From: Vicugna vicugna
Taxonomy: Eukaryota
Reading direction: 5' to 3'
DNA length: 64,000 bases
Assembly: GCA_013265495.1 (NCBI GenBank)
Contig: MU062119.1
Coordinates: 744,001-808,000, forward strand
Part shown: piece after piece, positions 61,427 to 64,000 of the stretch
How the letters are laid out: every line of letters starts with the position of its first letter
Position numbering within the stretch: position 1 is the first letter of the stretch
Program-made: the position numbers and the translations under genes
Notes under the pieces: generated by a model
Seen by the model: only the letters and a program-made list of their open reading frames with translations
The model's database searches: none
What the model was told of the DNA's origin: nothing

Positions 61427-61793
61427 TGTGAAGATCCCAGCAGGAAGTGGATGATGTGTACCCAAACTGGGTGATTGAGGAACGTTTAATAAAGGGATTA
61501 TTTACAACAATGTGTCCAGAATTTATGGAAACCAAGAAAGAATGGAGCACTGCTACATACAGACTACCAAGAGCTGGGAGCTGTAATTACCAAGAGGCCC
61601 ATAGGGTCTGGGAGGGAACACAGAGCCCAGCTGCATGGAAAGGGCCCCTTGACAGAAGGTGTGGCCTTTGGTGAAGGACATGAGCTTCCAGGGCAACCCA
61701 ACATGGAACTTGCTGGTGTCGCCTATTCAGGTCAACCTTCCCAGGCAGCGCAGAGAAGGAAGAATTATGGTTCTATGGAAGCTAGCCAGCATG
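61427..61793 (-). mobile_element. LTR33-like ERVL LTR
   Basis: CCCAGCAGGAAG...CCCAAACTGGGTGATTGAGGAACGTTTAATAAAGGGATTATTTACAA...TGACAGAAGGTGTGGCCTTTGGTG. Confidence 0.8.
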
Positions 61794-61919
61794 TCCCCCA
61801 ACTCTTTCCTGTAGCCATCCATGCTGACTTGATCGAGGCAAGTAGAAAACTGTTGTGCCTTGACACCGTTCTACCCTCATCTCAACTTTTGCTAGTTACC
61901 ATCCATTTAACTGCAGGTG

Positions 61920-62070
61920 TCAGATCCATTGCCTTCGGGAAGCCTGAAGACATTCTCTGGGAATTGATGAAAGGGAGGCTTGTCAACACATCAGCTCCCT
62001 TCACCCCTCGTCTAGTGGGCTTTGGAATTAGCACTTCTGCTCTTCTAAATCTTAGATTGTTATGATCTGG
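61920..62070 (+). mobile_element. L3/CR1 3'-end fragment
   Basis: CCATTGCC...AAGCCTGAAGACATTCTCTGGGAATTG...CTTCTAAATCTTAGATTGTTATGAT. Confidence 0.45.
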
Positions 62071-62699
62071 GGCGGGGGGGGACCTCAGGCATCTTTCTCC
62101 CAATTCTGCATATCCCTTGGGGGTGATCGTGACCTGCTTTGGCCAGTCCCCTGAAGAGCTTAGGAATGGGGGAAGAGGCCCTTTCCTTGTTCCACAAAGG
62201 GACAGGCCCTGTGTTTGCTCCTTCTCCATCTCCAGTGCTTTGTCTGTGTCAGAAATTCCTGGATTTTCCTGAGGTTGTGCAGTGCCCAATATAGCGATCT
62301 GGACAAAATAGGCACCGAAGAAACTTTTTTTTTTTTTAAAATAGCAGAACAGGAAGTAGCAAGTCCAGGTCTGTTTGAGTCCAAAGCTGCTTTCCTTTTT
62401 CCCAAAAGGATGTTGCATTTTGAGGGAATCTTCTGGTGAGCCCGTCAGAGGCCATCAGGGAAGCTCCCTGTATGATAGCAGAGTGTTCTAGACTGTGCCT
62501 CAGCAGGTCAGACCAGCCTGGATCAGAAGGGTTTGCGTAAGGTCATTTGTATCAGCAAGGTTCGTATGAGGAGACTCCAACAGGGTGGGGTTCAGCACCT
62601 GGAAGAGATCCAAGGGGATGTAAAGATGCTTATGAGCTTTGATTGACATTTGCGGCATTCCTATGAGATGCCACAAGCCACAGTAGACACTTCACTGCT

Positions 62700-62860
62700 G
62701 CAGGCTTCCAGAATTCTCCCAGGAACCCTGCCATGTAACTGACCAGACCCCTACTTGACAGGTGAGGAAACTGAAGCTCAGACAGCCAGACTCATTTATG
62801 TAATTCGCCTCAGTGCTAGAATTCCAACTCAGCGTCATCTGAGCTGAAAGCCCGTCCTCT
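62700..62860 (-). mobile_element. MIR
   Basis: ACAGGTGAGGAAACTGAAGCTCAGA. Confidence 0.7.
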
Positions 62861-63119
62861 GCACCAGGCGTCACTCTGCGGGGCGTTCCTGGGTCAGCCC
62901 AGCTCCCAGAGTCACGCTCCCTGGGCTTTCAGAGAAACCTGGATAGTCCTCATGCATGAGCTGCCCTACTGCTTGCTCACGGTGGTGGCTGAATCTGAAG
63001 AGAAGCGTTCATCCACTTAAGGACCTGAATCTGTCTCAGAAGGGGCTCTTCTGGGTGCTGTGAGTTTCATCACTGGGGCAGACGATCACGCTGCAGGAGG
63101 AGACCCTCCCTTCCACTGC

Positions 63120-63499
63120 GGGCACTAAACCAGCCCTCTAAGCCGCGTGGCTGGAAGTGCAGCAGGTGGTCTCAGTGCCTCACCCCCAACCCTGCTCGCT
63201 GTCTCTACATCTCCTGTATTGTTTGGTGCACCTCATCAGACTCCCAGATGCTGCATCTTTCTATTTTCAGAAGCACAAGAGGACCACCCTGTTCAGCATG
63301 TCAGGGTGGAAGTCCTAGGGTATGAAGCTTCAGTTCTCTGGGTGGTAGCTGACTTAACATACACCTCTTATTGACCATCTTCCCACCTCTGTTTCTCTTC
63401 CCCATTTACCTACCACGGCTGTCTGCATGACCCAAATAAACAATTTGTATGCAAATCCTTGCCTCAGGTTCTGCCCCTGGTGGAGCCAAAACTAACAGA
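63120..63499 (+). mobile_element. LTR16-type ERVL LTR
   Basis: 3' end CCCAAATAAACAATTTGTATGCAAATCCTTGCCTCAGGTTCTGC...GGAGCCAAAACTAACA; 5' limit uncertain. Confidence 0.65.
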
Positions 63500-64000
63500 G
63501 TCATGGTTTTGTGTTTGACTCTTGCTCTATAAGGACATTTCTAAACTTCACTCAAAGTACAACAGTTGGTTTGGTTCTAGGGTCACATTCATGTGGCATG
63601 AAAAACAGCAACAACTAATAACAAACAGCGTAGCTGCCCTGTCGTCTCTGCCCAGGGAATTTCAAGCCCTTAACAAAACAGCGTGGGCTGGGTTCTTTCC
63701 CGCACGTGGTCTCTGGCACTCTGTTATTGCACAATCTGGCTTGGGAGACATTTCCGCACTTCCATTCTGAATGCTCTTGCTCGCTCTCCTGCCGTTATCC
63801 CTCTAATGCCTTCATAAATATCCCCACTTGGGTTTGAAAAATCCACACTTCTAAGCTTTAAAGCCATTTTGTTATTGCTGACACTAGTCCATTGCTCGGA
63901 CTCTAATGCCTCACTTTCTCTGGTTCTGCAGGGGATTTTCTTATGATGCTGGACGATGTCCTGGGAGATAAAACCTCAGAAGTATCTGGTTTCTATTAAA

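Noticed and set aside
61882-62418. Longest gap-free ORF (178 aa, minus)
   Set aside because: No recognisable domain; runs through a poly-T tract and an L3 fragment; no splice context
1-64000. CRISPR arrays, rRNA, U6/7SK/Y RNA, operon-like systems
   Set aside because: No regularly spaced repeats or matches to these RNAs seen; the sequence is mammalian

Overview
Mammalian genomic DNA with three N-gaps, consistent with a scaffold assembly. Four copies of a tRNA-Ala(AGC)-derived SINE matching the camelid Vic-1 family, a camelid-like L1 3' end, and no recognisable Alu, BovB/Bov-A, PRE1 or CAN-SINE point to a camelid genome (alpaca/camel; inference). The window is intergenic or deep-intronic and dominated by old repeats: many MIR and L2 fragments, L1M pieces, MLT1/MLT2, LTR16/LTR33-type ERVL LTRs, two ERV1-like solo LTRs, and DNA transposons (Tigger9, Charlie4z, MER5, MER58). 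I recognise no protein-coding gene. The supplied ORFs are mostly chance ORFs, repeat-derived or span gaps; only one has a recognisable domain (a Tigger transposase HTH remnant). No rRNA, CRISPR or prokaryotic features are present. Most notable: a SINE copy that still folds as a near-perfect tRNA-Ala cloverleaf; an unidentified CpG-retaining 500-bp segment starting with an ETS/YY1 GGAAGATGGCGGC motif; a triple-nested LTR with target-site duplications (TSDs); a 35-bp dispersed duplication; a two-LTR deleted ERVL provirus; and unverified small-exon candidates. Repeat family names come from recalled consensus sequences, not a database search, and boundaries are approximate unless a TSD or terminal repeat is quoted. 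I found no convincing novel biological system.
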